Below are positions 1 to 14,269 of a stretch of 64,000 nucleotides of DNA, piece by piece. The DNA is taken from positions 576,001 to 640,000 of the forward strand of contig CAVRZA010000011.1 of the NCBI GenBank assembly GCA_963725665.1, given 5' to 3'. Positions within the stretch are counted from its first letter, which is position 1; each line of letters starts with the position of its first letter. Source of the stretch: an uncultured Actinomycetes bacterium (lineage in GTDB: Bacteria; Actinomycetota; Thermoleophilia; UBA2241). The notes under the pieces were generated by a model, which was not told where the DNA came from, did no database searches, and saw only the letters and a program-made list of their open reading frames with translations. The position numbers were made by a program, and so were the translations under genes.

Positions 1-1
1 C

Positions 2-1423
2 GAGATCGCGCTGAACATCCTGCTCGCTGGCCTGACGATCACCTTTCTCGTCGCGGTCGTCACCTTGCGGCCCTACGGACTCTATGCGCACACCAGCCTT
101 TCGCAGACGGTGCTGATCGCACTGCTCGTCGCCCTGATCCCGACCACGATCGGTGCCCTGCTCTCAGCGATCGGCATCGCCGGTATGGACCGGCTCGTGC
201 AGCGCAACGTGCTAGCCATGTCAGGGCGCGCAGTCGAGGCGTCGGGCGACGTTGACGTGTTGCTCCTCGACAAGACCGGCACGATCACGCTGGGCAATCG
301 ACAGGCGGTCAACTTCATCCCCGCTCCCGGTGTGGACGAGCGGGAGTTCGCCGAGGTCGCGCAGCTGGCGTCGTTGGCCGATGAAACCCCCGAGGGTCGT
401 TCCATCGTCGTTCTCGCAAAGGAACGCTTCAACCTGCGTGAGCGCACCCTGGGGGAAGAGGAAGTCGAGTTCGTGCCGTTCACTGCCGTCACACGTATGA
501 GCGGCGTCAACCTCGAGGGCAGCATGATCCGCAAAGGCGCCGCCGACGCAGTAAGAGGCTTCATCGAGGAACGCGGCGGCACCGCCATCCCCGCCGAAAT
601 CCACGCGACCGTACAGAGGGTCGCCGAGGAGGGCGGGACGCCCCTCGTCGTCGCCAAGGACGGCTCCGCACTCGGTGTCATCCAGCTGAAGGACGTCGTC
701 AAGGGTGAGCTGCGTGAGCGCTTCGACGGCATGCGGAAGATGGGCATCCGCACCGTGATGATAACGGGCGACAATCGAGTCACCGCAGCTGTGATCGCCA
801 AGGAGGCCGGTGTCGACGACTTCCTTGCGGAGGCAACGCCGGAGGCAAAACTCGCACTCATCCGCGAGGAGCAGGCGCGCGGCCGTATGGTCGCCATGAC
901 CGGTGACGGCACTAACGATGCCCCGGCGCTGGCCCAGGCCGACGTGGGCGTGGCCATGAACGCCGGGACCTCCGCCGCCAAGGAAGCCGGCAACATGGTC
1001 GACCTCGACAACAACCCGACGAAGCTGATCGAGATAGTAGAGGTCGGCAAGCAGCTCCTGATCACCCGCGGCGCCTTGACCACGTTCTCGATAGCCAACG
1101 ACGTGGCCAAGTACTTCGCCATCCTGCCGGCGATGTTCGCCTTCACGTATGCGACGCATCCCGGCGAGCGCGGGCCGCTCAACTCGCTCAATATCATGCA
1201 CCTGGGAGATCCGAAGAGCGCGATCATCTCCGCGATCATCTTCAACGCCCTGATCATCGTGGCGCTCATCCCCCTCGCCCTCAAAGGCGTCCGCTACCGC
1301 GCCATCGGCGCCACTGCGCTGCTGCGGCGCAACCTCCTGATCTACGGGCTCGGCGGCATCGTCTTGCCGTTCGTGGGGATCAAGCTGATCGACCTCGTCG
1401 TCCACAACGTGCTTGGAGCTTAG
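2..1423 (+). CDS. kdpB: K+-transporting P-type ATPase subunit B (5' end outside window)
   Basis: DKTGT phosphorylation motif, TGDN, GDGTND, LIPTTIG and [10 protein letters not shown]; frame open from the window start. Confidence 0.97.
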   Translation, partial: EIALNILLAGLTITFLVAVVTLRPYGLYAHTSLSQTVLIALLVALIPTTIGALLSAIGIAGMDRLVQRNVLAMSGRAVEASGDVDVLLLDKTGTITLGNRQAVNFIPAPGVDEREFAEVAQLASLADETPEGRSIVVLAKERFNLRERTLGEEEVEFVPFTAVTRMSGVNLEGSMIRKGAADAVRGFIEERGGTAIPAEIHATVQRVAEEGGTPLVVAKDGSALGVIQLKDVVKGELRERFDGMRKMGIRTVMITGDNRVTAAVIAKEAGVDDFLAEATPEAKLALIREEQARGRMVAMTGDGTNDAPALAQADVGVAMNAGTSAAKEAGNMVDLDNNPTKLIEIVEVGKQLLITRGALTTFSIANDVAKYFAILPAMFAFTYATHPGERGPLNSLNIMHLGDPKSAIISAIIFNALIIVALIPLALKGVRYRAIGATALLRRNLLIYGLGGIVLPFVGIKLIDLVVHNVLGA

Positions 1424-1531
1424 TGCAGCGGTAGCGCGGCCCGTCGAGTGTGTGGCAGGGCAATGGCCGGTCCTCCGTGCGGCAGAGCGAGCAGAGTCCC
1501 AGCATCTCTTTTGATGCTGTCGTGGAGCGCA

Positions 1532-1596
1532 TTAAGCGCATCTTTATGCCGGCAGAACTGCCCTTTACGGGTGATTAACGCGGTGCCGGGTAGCTT
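1532..1596 (+). promoter_or_regulatory. Putative KdpE-type promoter: four phased boxes plus -10
   Basis: TTAAGC(1532)-N5-TTTATG(1543)-N15-TTTACG(1564)-N5-TTAACG(1575)-N10-TAGCTT(1591); AT-rich island; resembles E. coli KdpE site TTTATA-N5-TTTACA; same layout at 6653-6717. Confidence 0.7.
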
Positions 1597-1689
1597 CTGC
1601 GGGCGGGCTGCGTCCTTGGCGGCGCAACCCGCTGTCTCGTGCGCCGTTTTCGCGGGGCGCTGCACCGGACGTCAAGCAGGAGGCGGGCT

Positions 1690-3525
1690 GTGGCGGTCAC
1701 AGCTCTCAAGAAGAGCCCAACGAATGAGCGGGTCGGATTCCTCTCGCGCCTCGAACTGTTCAAGGGACTCGACCAGGACGAGCTCGAGCGGATAGCAGCG
1801 GCGATCTCGGTGCAGATCGCCGCTGCCGGAGAGGCGGTCCAAGTGGAGAGCGGCATCCCCGGCGACCACCTGTTCGTTGTGCTTGACGGCACCCTCGAGC
1901 TCATCCACAAGGGCGCCGTCGTGGCCATCCTCTCCAAAGGGGAGGTGTTCGGACACTCTACCCTGCTCACCGGACTGCCACCCGAGTTCACGACACGTGC
2001 GGGAACCCCTTCCACGCTCTGGCGCATCCCGAAAGACATCGCCGTCGACCTCCTGAGTCGGCCTGCAGGGGTGAGGTTCGTCGCCGACACGCTGCGCGAG
2101 CAGCTGATCCAAGCGGCGCGATCCACGAACGGGGCTGCCGATCTCGCTGCGCGGCCGGTGGTGTCGCTGGTGCGCGGAGCACCCGTGTTCTGCGAGGCGG
2201 ACGCGACGATCCGTGAGGCGGCGACGCTCATGAGCGCCAGCAGAGCGAGTGCGCTCTTGGTGCGGACGGTCGGGGGTCTTGGCATCGTCACTGACTCCGA
2301 CCTGCGCGAGAAGGTCGTGGCCGGCGACGTTCCCCGAGACGCCGCGGTCACTGCCGTCATGACGACCCCGGTGGAGAGCGTCGCTGCCGACCGGCTGGGT
2401 CCCGAGGCCGCGGTCCAGATGATGGCCGCCGGCGTCAACCATCTCGTTGTCGAGGACAAGGCCGGCAGGCTCGTCGGCGTCCTGTCGGCCGCGGACCTCG
2501 TTTCCCTCGACGCGCGCAGCCCCTTCGCCCTGCGGCGCCGGATTCAGGAGGCACGGAACGAAGACGATCTTGTGGCGGCATCCAGGGATCTACCTGCCCT
2601 GTTCGCCGAGCTGCTCGACGCCCGGGTCGATGCCCCTGCTGTGGCTCGGATCCTGACCGTGCTCTGCGATGCCATGACAGTGCGTCTGCTGGAGCTCTTC
2701 TTCGACCGGCATGGCCAGCCACCAGTCGGCTACGCCTGGCTTTTGTTCGGCAGCAGCGCCCGGAACGAGCTCACTCTGGCCTCCGACCAGGACAACGGCA
2801 TCGCCTACGAGGACGGCGACGACCCCCGCGTCGAGGACTACTTCCGCGAGCTGGCCGAGGACGTCAACGACGGGCTGGTCCGCAGCGGCTTCGCCGCCGA
2901 CCCCCACGGCACGGTGGCGCAGAACTGGCAGTGGCGCCTGCCCCTCTCGCTGTGGCGCTCCGTCTTCGCCCGCTCGCTCGAGGACAGGGACGTCAATCGC
3001 CTCGCCCGTGCCAGCGTCGCCTTCGACTTCCGGCAGCTGGCCGGGGACTTGGCGGTGGCCGGGCCACTGACCGAGATCATGCGCGAGGCGCCCGGCCACC
3101 GCCGCTTCATGAGCGGTCTCGCCCAGCTCGCGACGCGCAACCCCCTGCCGTTGTCTGGCCTGCGCCAGCGGGTGGCGGGTCGGCTCGACGTGAAACGGGA
3201 GTGCCTGCGGCCGATTCAGAACTTCGCCCGCTACCAGGCCCTGCTGGCGGGCATCAGCGCGCACTCCACCCTAGATCGACTCGCGGGGGTGCGCGAGGCG
3301 GGCCTGCTGGACCGTGAGAGCGAGCAGTCGCTGAGCGACGCCTTCACGATCCTGCTGGGCCTGCAGCTGCGACATCACGGCGACGCCCTGGGCGAGGGGC
3401 GCCCCCTCGACAACGAGCTCTACGTGGAGAGCCTTCGCCCGCTCACACGGGCCAGCCTCCAGGAGGCGCTGCGCGTGGTGGCGGCCACACAGCGGCGCTT
3501 CCCGCGGCTGCCGGCCCTGGGCTGA
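1690..3525 (+). CDS. cNMP-binding + CBS pair + DUF294 putative nucleotidyltransferase
   Basis: GGAGG RBS then GTG at 1690; N-terminal cNMP fold (LFVVLDG...GEVFG), CBS (GIVTDSDLR), GSSARNELTLASDQDNG nucleotidyltransferase motif, DUF294_C-like tail. Confidence 0.9.
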   Translation: MAVTALKKSPTNERVGFLSRLELFKGLDQDELERIAAAISVQIAAAGEAVQVESGIPGDHLFVVLDGTLELIHKGAVVAILSKGEVFGHSTLLTGLPPEFTTRAGTPSTLWRIPKDIAVDLLSRPAGVRFVADTLREQLIQAARSTNGAADLAARPVVSLVRGAPVFCEADATIREAATLMSASRASALLVRTVGGLGIVTDSDLREKVVAGDVPRDAAVTAVMTTPVESVAADRLGPEAAVQMMAAGVNHLVVEDKAGRLVGVLSAADLVSLDARSPFALRRRIQEARNEDDLVAASRDLPALFAELLDARVDAPAVARILTVLCDAMTVRLLELFFDRHGQPPVGYAWLLFGSSARNELTLASDQDNGIAYEDGDDPRVEDYFRELAEDVNDGLVRSGFAADPHGTVAQNWQWRLPLSLWRSVFARSLEDRDVNRLARASVAFDFRQLAGDLAVAGPLTEIMREAPGHRRFMSGLAQLATRNPLPLSGLRQRVAGRLDVKRECLRPIQNFARYQALLAGISAHSTLDRLAGVREAGLLDRESEQSLSDAFTILLGLQLRHHGDALGEGRPLDNELYVESLRPLTRASLQEALRVVAATQRRFPRLPALG

Positions 3526-3719
3526 GTCGTGCCGCAACAGATGGTCATGGCAGAGGCGCTGTTGTCCCACCTCTGGGGCGACTCTCAGCGCTCGCGGGTC
3601 CTATTCCACACTCCCTTTGCGGCGCTCTGGGCGCTCAGACCGCGTCATGATCGCGCCGACCGGGCTCACAAGACGATACTGTGAGGATGCGTCAGAGCGA
3701 CTTCGTCGATGGGGTGTGG

Positions 3720-3763
3720 GCGGACGGGCCCGCCGAGCCGTGAGGTTCGGCGGGCCCGTCCGC
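3720..3763. other. 20-bp hairpin with GTGA tetraloop
   Basis: GCGGACGGGCCCGCCGAGCC-GTGA-GGTTCGGCGGGCCCGTCCGC, one G-U pair, no U-tract. Confidence 0.7.
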
Positions 3764-3808
3764 GAACAGCTGGCGGCACGTGTTGTGTGAGGAACATCGC
3801 CAGCGGGG

Positions 3809-3817
3809 TGCTACCAT
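3809..3817 (+). promoter_or_regulatory. Extended -10 promoter candidate for kdpE
   Basis: TG-C-TACCAT about 130 nt upstream of the kdpE start. Confidence 0.45.
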
Positions 3818-3948
3818 ATACAGGGGGGAATAGAGGACGGTCTCTGTCAGCACGGGTCCGTTGTGCCGGGAGGCGCGGCCAACCGATGCACGCACCACCC
3901 TACGGCTGCGCGTGCGGGATGCCGGTTTAGGCCGGCGCGGAGGGGGCA

Positions 3949-4662
3949 GTGAGCGGAATCCCCGAACGTCCGACTCGCATCCTTGTCGTCGACGACGAGG
4001 AGCAGATACGGCGCGCCGTTGGCTCGATTCTCCGTGCCAGAGGCTATGCACTTGACCTTGCGGCGACTGCCCACGAGGCGCTGCTCACCGCCATCGACCA
4101 TCCGCCCGATCTCGTCGTGCTCGACCTCGCGCTGCCCGATCGCAGCGGCATCGAGGTCTGTCGTGAGTTGCGCTCGTGGACGAGTGTCCCAATCCTCGTT
4201 CTGTCGGTGCGCTCTGCTGAGCACGACAAGATCCAGGCCCTGGACGAGGGGGCCGACGACTACCTGACGAAGCCCTTCTCGGCGGGAGAACTGTTGGCGC
4301 GCGTGCGCGCCCTCCTGCGACGGGCGGCGTCACGGACGATACCGCCGCCCGTGGTGGAGGTGGGCGATCTCGTGGTCGACATCGCGCGGCGGCGCGTGAC
4401 TCTCGCGGGCGACGATGTATCCCTCACGCCGACCGAGTTCGACATCCTCGCCTATCTGGCCCGCAACGCCGATCTCGTCGTGACGCAGCGTCAGATTCTC
4501 GAGGAGGTATGGGGACCTGAGTGGGCCGAAGACGCGCAGACGTTGCGCGTGCACGTCAGCCACCTACGCAGGAAGATCGAGCCGACGCCAAGCGGCCGTC
4601 GCTACATCATCACGGAGCCGCGCATAGGCTTTAGGTTCTCGACCGCTGAGGACTCTACTTGA
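3949..4662 (+). CDS. kdpE: OmpR-family response regulator, KdpE-like
   Basis: ILVVDDE, LDLALPD, GADDYLTKPF, LTPTEF, LRVHVSHLRRKIE, TEPRIGFRF; kdp context. Confidence 0.88.
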   Translation: MSGIPERPTRILVVDDEEQIRRAVGSILRARGYALDLAATAHEALLTAIDHPPDLVVLDLALPDRSGIEVCRELRSWTSVPILVLSVRSAEHDKIQALDEGADDYLTKPFSAGELLARVRALLRRAASRTIPPPVVEVGDLVVDIARRRVTLAGDDVSLTPTEFDILAYLARNADLVVTQRQILEEVWGPEWAEDAQTLRVHVSHLRRKIEPTPSGRRYIITEPRIGFRFSTAEDST

Positions 4663-6232
4663 CCCGTGACCGTATCGGCAGCGAGACGGTGAAGCGGGCC
4701 CCTGTGGCCTGTGCCGGCTCCACCCAGACCTCGCCGCCGTGCGCTTTGACGATCTCACGAGTGATAGCGAGGCCGAGGCCGGTACCGGAGGGGGCTTTCG
4801 TCCCGGCGCGCTGCCCCCGGTAGAATTTCTCGAAGATCCGCTCCCGCTCCTCCTCGCCGACGCCGGGCCCCTCGTCCTCGACCCACATCTCCACTGAGCC
4901 CACACCAGCTCTCGCGCCCACTCGCACGGGCGACGACTCGCCCCCGTAGATGATGGCATTCTCGATGAGGTTCTGGAGGACGCGCGCCCATTGCACGAAG
5001 TCGACCTCGATGAGAGGCAGGTCATCGGGCAGCGAGACCTCCACGCGAGCGCGCTGGTGGGCCGGAAGGGCGTCCGTGCTGGCGGAGACGATGTCGGAGA
5101 GCTCGTAGAGGTCCAGTGACGGTTCCCACGAGCGGGCCTCGAGCCGTGAGAGATCGAGCAGTGAGTTGATGCTGTTGTTCAGACGGGCGATGTCGTCGAC
5201 GATGCCGCGCAGTTCGTCGTGGACGAGGCGCTCGTCCCAGGCGACATCGCTCTCGAGGAGGTTGCTGACAGTTGCAGTGAGGGCCGCCAGCGGCGTCTTG
5301 AGCTCGTGCGACACAGAAGAGAGCAGACTCGATTTGAGTCGATCCGCCTCCCGCAGCGCCTCGGCGCGGGTCGCCTTGGCCTGAAGGTTCTGGCGCTCGA
5401 GAAAGACGCCGATCAGGTTGGCAAGCGATGCCATGAGCCGCGCCTCGGCAGCGTCATACGGGTGCCCGTTGGGCCGGCCGCGCACGGCGAGCACACCCGT
5501 GACGCCCGCGCCCGAGTGGAGCGGGATGAAGGTGCCATTGATGCCTACGAAGGCCTCAGCTGCCGGTTCCCGTAAGAAGGAGGCTCCTTGGAGTTGCTCC
5601 TGTCGATGGCTCGCTGGAAAGCCGAGCGTGCAGTCGTGGCTGTAGGCCCACTGAGCTCCGTCCACAGTGTCTCGGTCGGGCGGCCCGGAAGGTAGCGAGG
5701 CGCAGAAGGACAGCAACCCGCTATCGCTGCCTATGAAGAGCGCCGCCGAGGATGCGCCCACGACATCGATGATCTCTTCGAGGACGGTGTAGGCCATCGT
5801 CTCGGTGGACGTTTCCGAGACCAAGCGGGCGCTCAACCTGTTGAGCACTGCAGTCTCATGCTCTCGTGCGTGGGCTCGCTCCTCGCGGTTCCGCATGCGA
5901 CCTGTTTGCACCCCCATGGCCAGACCCACGGCGAGGAAGGCCAGCAGCGACAGGTAATCCTGGGGATCCCTCACCACGAGGGTGTGGTAAGGAGGGAGAA
6001 AGAAGAAGTCCCAGGCGAGGAAGGCGAGGATTGCGGCGACCACCGCCGGCCCCGTGCCGCTCGCCCCCGCGACCAGGACGACTATGAGAAGGTAGAGGAG
6101 CGCCCACTGCCCCTTGGCGAAGTGGTCGCGGCCAGGGAGAAAGATGGCCGTCGACACTGCGATTGCCAGGACGGCGAGCACGTAGCCGTGACGGGCGAGT
6201 CGCCTCTGCAGGTCTTTGACCGTGACCCTCAT
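4655..6232 (-). CDS. kdpD: KdpD-like sensor histidine kinase (DUF4118 TM region + GAF + HisKA + HATPase), lacking the N-terminal KdpD/Usp domains
   Basis: WDFFFLPPYHTL, SVSHELKTPL H-box, NLIENA, DEGPG, GTGLGL; TAGAGT -10 at 6247-6242 just upstream of the ATG. Confidence 0.85.
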   Translation of the reverse strand: MRVTVKDLQRRLARHGYVLAVLAIAVSTAIFLPGRDHFAKGQWALLYLLIVVLVAGASGTGPAVVAAILAFLAWDFFFLPPYHTLVVRDPQDYLSLLAFLAVGLAMGVQTGRMRNREERAHAREHETAVLNRLSARLVSETSTETMAYTVLEEIIDVVGASSAALFIGSDSGLLSFCASLPSGPPDRDTVDGAQWAYSHDCTLGFPASHRQEQLQGASFLREPAAEAFVGINGTFIPLHSGAGVTGVLAVRGRPNGHPYDAAEARLMASLANLIGVFLERQNLQAKATRAEALREADRLKSSLLSSVSHELKTPLAALTATVSNLLESDVAWDERLVHDELRGIVDDIARLNNSINSLLDLSRLEARSWEPSLDLYELSDIVSASTDALPAHQRARVEVSLPDDLPLIEVDFVQWARVLQNLIENAIIYGGESSPVRVGARAGVGSVEMWVEDEGPGVGEEERERIFEKFYRGQRAGTKAPSGTGLGLAITREIVKAHGGEVWVEPAQATGARFTVSLPIRSRVK

Positions 6233-6382
6233 GCCAAACACACTCTATCGCTGACGGAGGCCCCGGTGGACCTGGCAGACAGTGCCGACGGGGAGCCAGC
6301 ACACGCGGCTGCAGCGCGTGTGTGCTTGGATTTCAGGAGCGAAGCTCAGAAAGGAAGCCCTTGAAGGGCGAGCTTCCCGGGC

Positions 6383-6616
6383 TCAGCGCGCGCGATAGGC
6401 CGTCACGGCGGTGCGCCGCTCGGGCGAGCGGCTGAGCTTGCCGCGGACGACTTCGGCTGGCTTGCGTCCGAGCCGGTGAACGCTGACCCTCGCGCGCTGA
6501 CGAAGAGGTCGGACAGTGGACTTCTCGAGGAGGACCATGGCCGCATACGTGAGTCCCAGCACCCACGCTGTCGCGGCCGCAAACAGAAGCACGTCGATGA
6601 TAAGCTTCACGTCCAA
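6383..6616 (-). CDS. Small single-TM protein (77 aa) with basic tail
   Basis: Hydrophobic IIDVLLFAAATAWVLGLTYAAMVLL then Arg-rich tail; RBS-like GGGGA/GAAGG; directly downstream of a KdpE-type promoter. Confidence 0.6.
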   Translation of the reverse strand: MDVKLIIDVLLFAAATAWVLGLTYAAMVLLEKSTVRPLRQRARVSVHRLGRKPAEVVRGKLSRSPERRTAVTAYRAR

Positions 6617-6652
6617 CCTTCAGTCCCCAAGCCAAGTAGGCGATTCGTAATT

Positions 6653-6717
6653 AGGCTACCCGTGGGTGTGTTAAGGACGTGTGAAGCGAACGCACCAGAA
6701 CATAAAGGTTCTGTTAA
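6653..6717 (-). promoter_or_regulatory. Putative KdpE-type promoter: four phased boxes plus -10
   Basis: Minus strand TTAACA(6717)-N5-TTTATG(6706)-N15-TTCACA(6685)-N5-TTAACA(6674)-N10-TAGCCT(6658). Confidence 0.7.
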
Positions 6718-6822
6718 GACGCAGCGCCCGTCCGGGCCCCACGATGTCCGGCAAGTAGTAGCGCGTTAGGCGTCGCTGGCCCCGCGCGACGATCGGCCGG
6801 GCCTCCGCGCCTCGCGCATCAT

Positions 6823-7344
6823 TCAGGCGGCGCGCCGGCGGCCTTGTTGATCCGGTCCGGTGTCCGGTCGCGGGACGATGCCGCCCACGCGCTGCCTGTA
6901 GTCGCGATAGTCGTCGCCGAAGACGGCTTCAAGGTGCGCCTCTTCCCTCGGTATCAGGAGTCGGTACAGGCCGTACGCGACGAACGGGATACTCAGGCCG
7001 GGCCACGAAGCGACGACGATGACGACCGCCGGGCAGACCAAGAAGATGTAGGCCGCGTAGATGGGGTGGCGTATGTGCCGGAAGGGGCCGTCGGTGACGA
7101 GTCGTCCAGTGGCCCCCGCCTCGCGCACCGCCGTGATGGCGCGCACGTAGAGGAGGCCGGCTGCGACGAGCAGGATGACGCTCACGAGGCGCAGCGCGCC
7201 GTTGTGCAGCGCCGCGATGCGGAGCCCCGGAGCGGCGCGGTCGACGGCCACCACCAGCACGATGTAGGCCAGTGCAAGCGTGACCAAGAGCGGGCCCACG
7301 CCCATGGTCGAGCGCGAAGGGTTGAAGTAGACGCGTCGAGCCAT
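6823..7344 (-). CDS. Isoprenylcysteine carboxylmethyltransferase / PEMT family membrane protein
   Basis: LVTDGPFRHIRHPIY and REEAHLEAVFGDDYRDY motifs. Confidence 0.85.
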   Translation of the reverse strand: MARRVYFNPSRSTMGVGPLLVTLALAYIVLVVAVDRAAPGLRIAALHNGALRLVSVILLVAAGLLYVRAITAVREAGATGRLVTDGPFRHIRHPIYAAYIFLVCPAVVIVVASWPGLSIPFVAYGLYRLLIPREEAHLEAVFGDDYRDYRQRVGGIVPRPDTGPDQQGRRRAA

Positions 7345-7494
7345 GACGAGCGCTTGATTCCCGCAGCGCGGTCTAGGCAACGCGCCGGGCGTTTGCGCGG
7401 CGGTCGTCGTGATCGACGACCGCCGCATCCCTCGGTGTCAGTTCGGAGCTCGTCGCGCCGACTGACCGGTCGGCGCGACCGAGCCGGAGACTCC

Positions 7495-9048
<1,554 letters not shown>

Positions 9049-9349
9049 GAAAAAACGGCCTTCCTTTCGCGAGAAGGCCGCCGGTTACAATCGAGCTTCT
9101 CTGTCAGTTTGGGTTCTTCTGTGGGGAGGAGCCCCGTCGCGCCCTATGGGCGACGGAAGGACACTGAACCGGCTCCCCGATACTTACGATGGCAACAATA
9201 GCAAGTCTTGCCGGCGCTTACAAGGACGAAACCCCAGCACAGCAGGAATGAGAAGGTCGAACGTGCCGGCCACGGTCGTGCCGGAGACCGTCGCGGGTGG
9301 CGGATGTCGTCCCCGTCAAGCCCCGCCGACCGGCGGGTCAAGAGCTGTT

Positions 9350-9643
9350 TCAGGTACCTCCGCCGGGAATCACGCCGGAGCGCGATGCCATGATCCACAG
9401 CGTCAGGCTGATGGCCGCCAGCGTGACCCCAAAGACGATCGTGTCCCAGCGCGTGCGGCCGCGGTAGGCGGCGTACGCCGCGTAGAGGCCCAGCGCGAGC
9501 GCACCGAGGTCGGCGCACAGCACCAGGTAGCGGCCGGTCGTGCCGGCCATGAGCAACGGGCCGGCCAGGAAGCCCAGGACGCCGAGGACGGCACAGGCTG
9601 GGCCACCGACGGTCTCGAGCAGAGTGTCGTCCACGCGTTCCAC
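9350..9643 (-). CDS. Small hypothetical membrane protein
   Basis: 97-aa ORF with about three hydrophobic segments. Confidence 0.55.
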   Translation of the reverse strand: MERVDDTLLETVGGPACAVLGVLGFLAGPLLMAGTTGRYLVLCADLGALALGLYAAYAAYRGRTRWDTIVFGVTLAAISLTLWIMASRSGVIPGGGT

Positions 9644-9829
9644 ACTGCGAGTAGTCGACCGACATGTGTCTCCGCTTGAACTAACGGGATGAACCGAGGC
9701 CGGGCGCCGGCCAAGAGCCCGCCGGCTGGTCGCCTGTTGGTCGTGCCGCTATCCCGCGCTCGCGGGAGCGGTCGTCGCTGTGGCCAGGCGCTACTGCTCG
9801 GGATACGCTGAAAGAGTCCCCGACGGGAG

Positions 9830-10568
9830 GTGTCGGTGTCGCAGGAGTTCTGGTCGCACTGGGCGTGGCCGGCGGCGACGGCCGTGCTCGGGTTCGTCTT
9901 CTTCGCACTGGTGTTCCGCCAGTACCTCCAGCGTCGCCGTCCTCACCAGCTGGCCTGGTCGGTCGGCCTCCTCTTCTATGCCATCGCCGCAGTGATGGAG
10001 GCGTGGTCGGAGTACACCGGTTCCTGGAACCCGACGGTGTATCGCATCTACATCGTCCTCGCCGCCTCGCTCGTCGGCTTCCTCGGCCTGGGCTCGCTCT
10101 ACCTTCTCGCGCGGCGACGCCTGTGGGGCGACCTCTACCTGGTCTTCCTTCTCGTGTGCCTGGCGGTCTTCTTCTACGGGACGTTCACGACGCCGCTGGA
10201 GACCGACAAGCTCGTGCCGGGCATCACGGTCGGCGGCCAGGCGCTCGGTCCGAGCCTCTCGTTCCCGCGCGTGATGTCGCTGCCGTTCAACATCACCGGC
10301 TCGATCCTGCTCATCGGCGGCGCCGTCATCTCGGTCTGGCGCTTCGCCAAGAAGCGCGAGTTCGCCTACCGCATGTGGGCCAACGTGCTCATCGCCGCTC
10401 GGGGCGGTGCTCATCGCGGCCGTCGGCTCTCGCGCGCGCCTCGGCGACACGACCGGGCTGTATCCCGGCGGAGATGGTCGCCTCGGCGATGATGATGGCC
10501 GGCTTCCTCATGGCGGGGACGCTGAAGAAGGGGGCGCGGGCGCGCCGCGCCGCCGGCGCGACCGAAGG

Positions 10569-10572
<4 letters not shown>
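9830..10572 (+). CDS. Multi-pass membrane protein (two apparent frameshifts near 10400 and 10468)
   Basis: GGAG RBS; about seven TM segments; hydrophobic sequence continues in the 10407 frame then the 9865 frame. Confidence 0.7.

Positions 10573-14265
<3,693 letters not shown>

Positions 14266-14269
<4 letters not shown>

Noticed and set aside
3526-3948. c-di-AMP (ydaO) riboswitch near the kdp genes
   Set aside because: The conserved GGGGTGAAT and CCGTCAGCTAAC elements were not found here or at 6242-6382, which has only a partial CCGTCAGC
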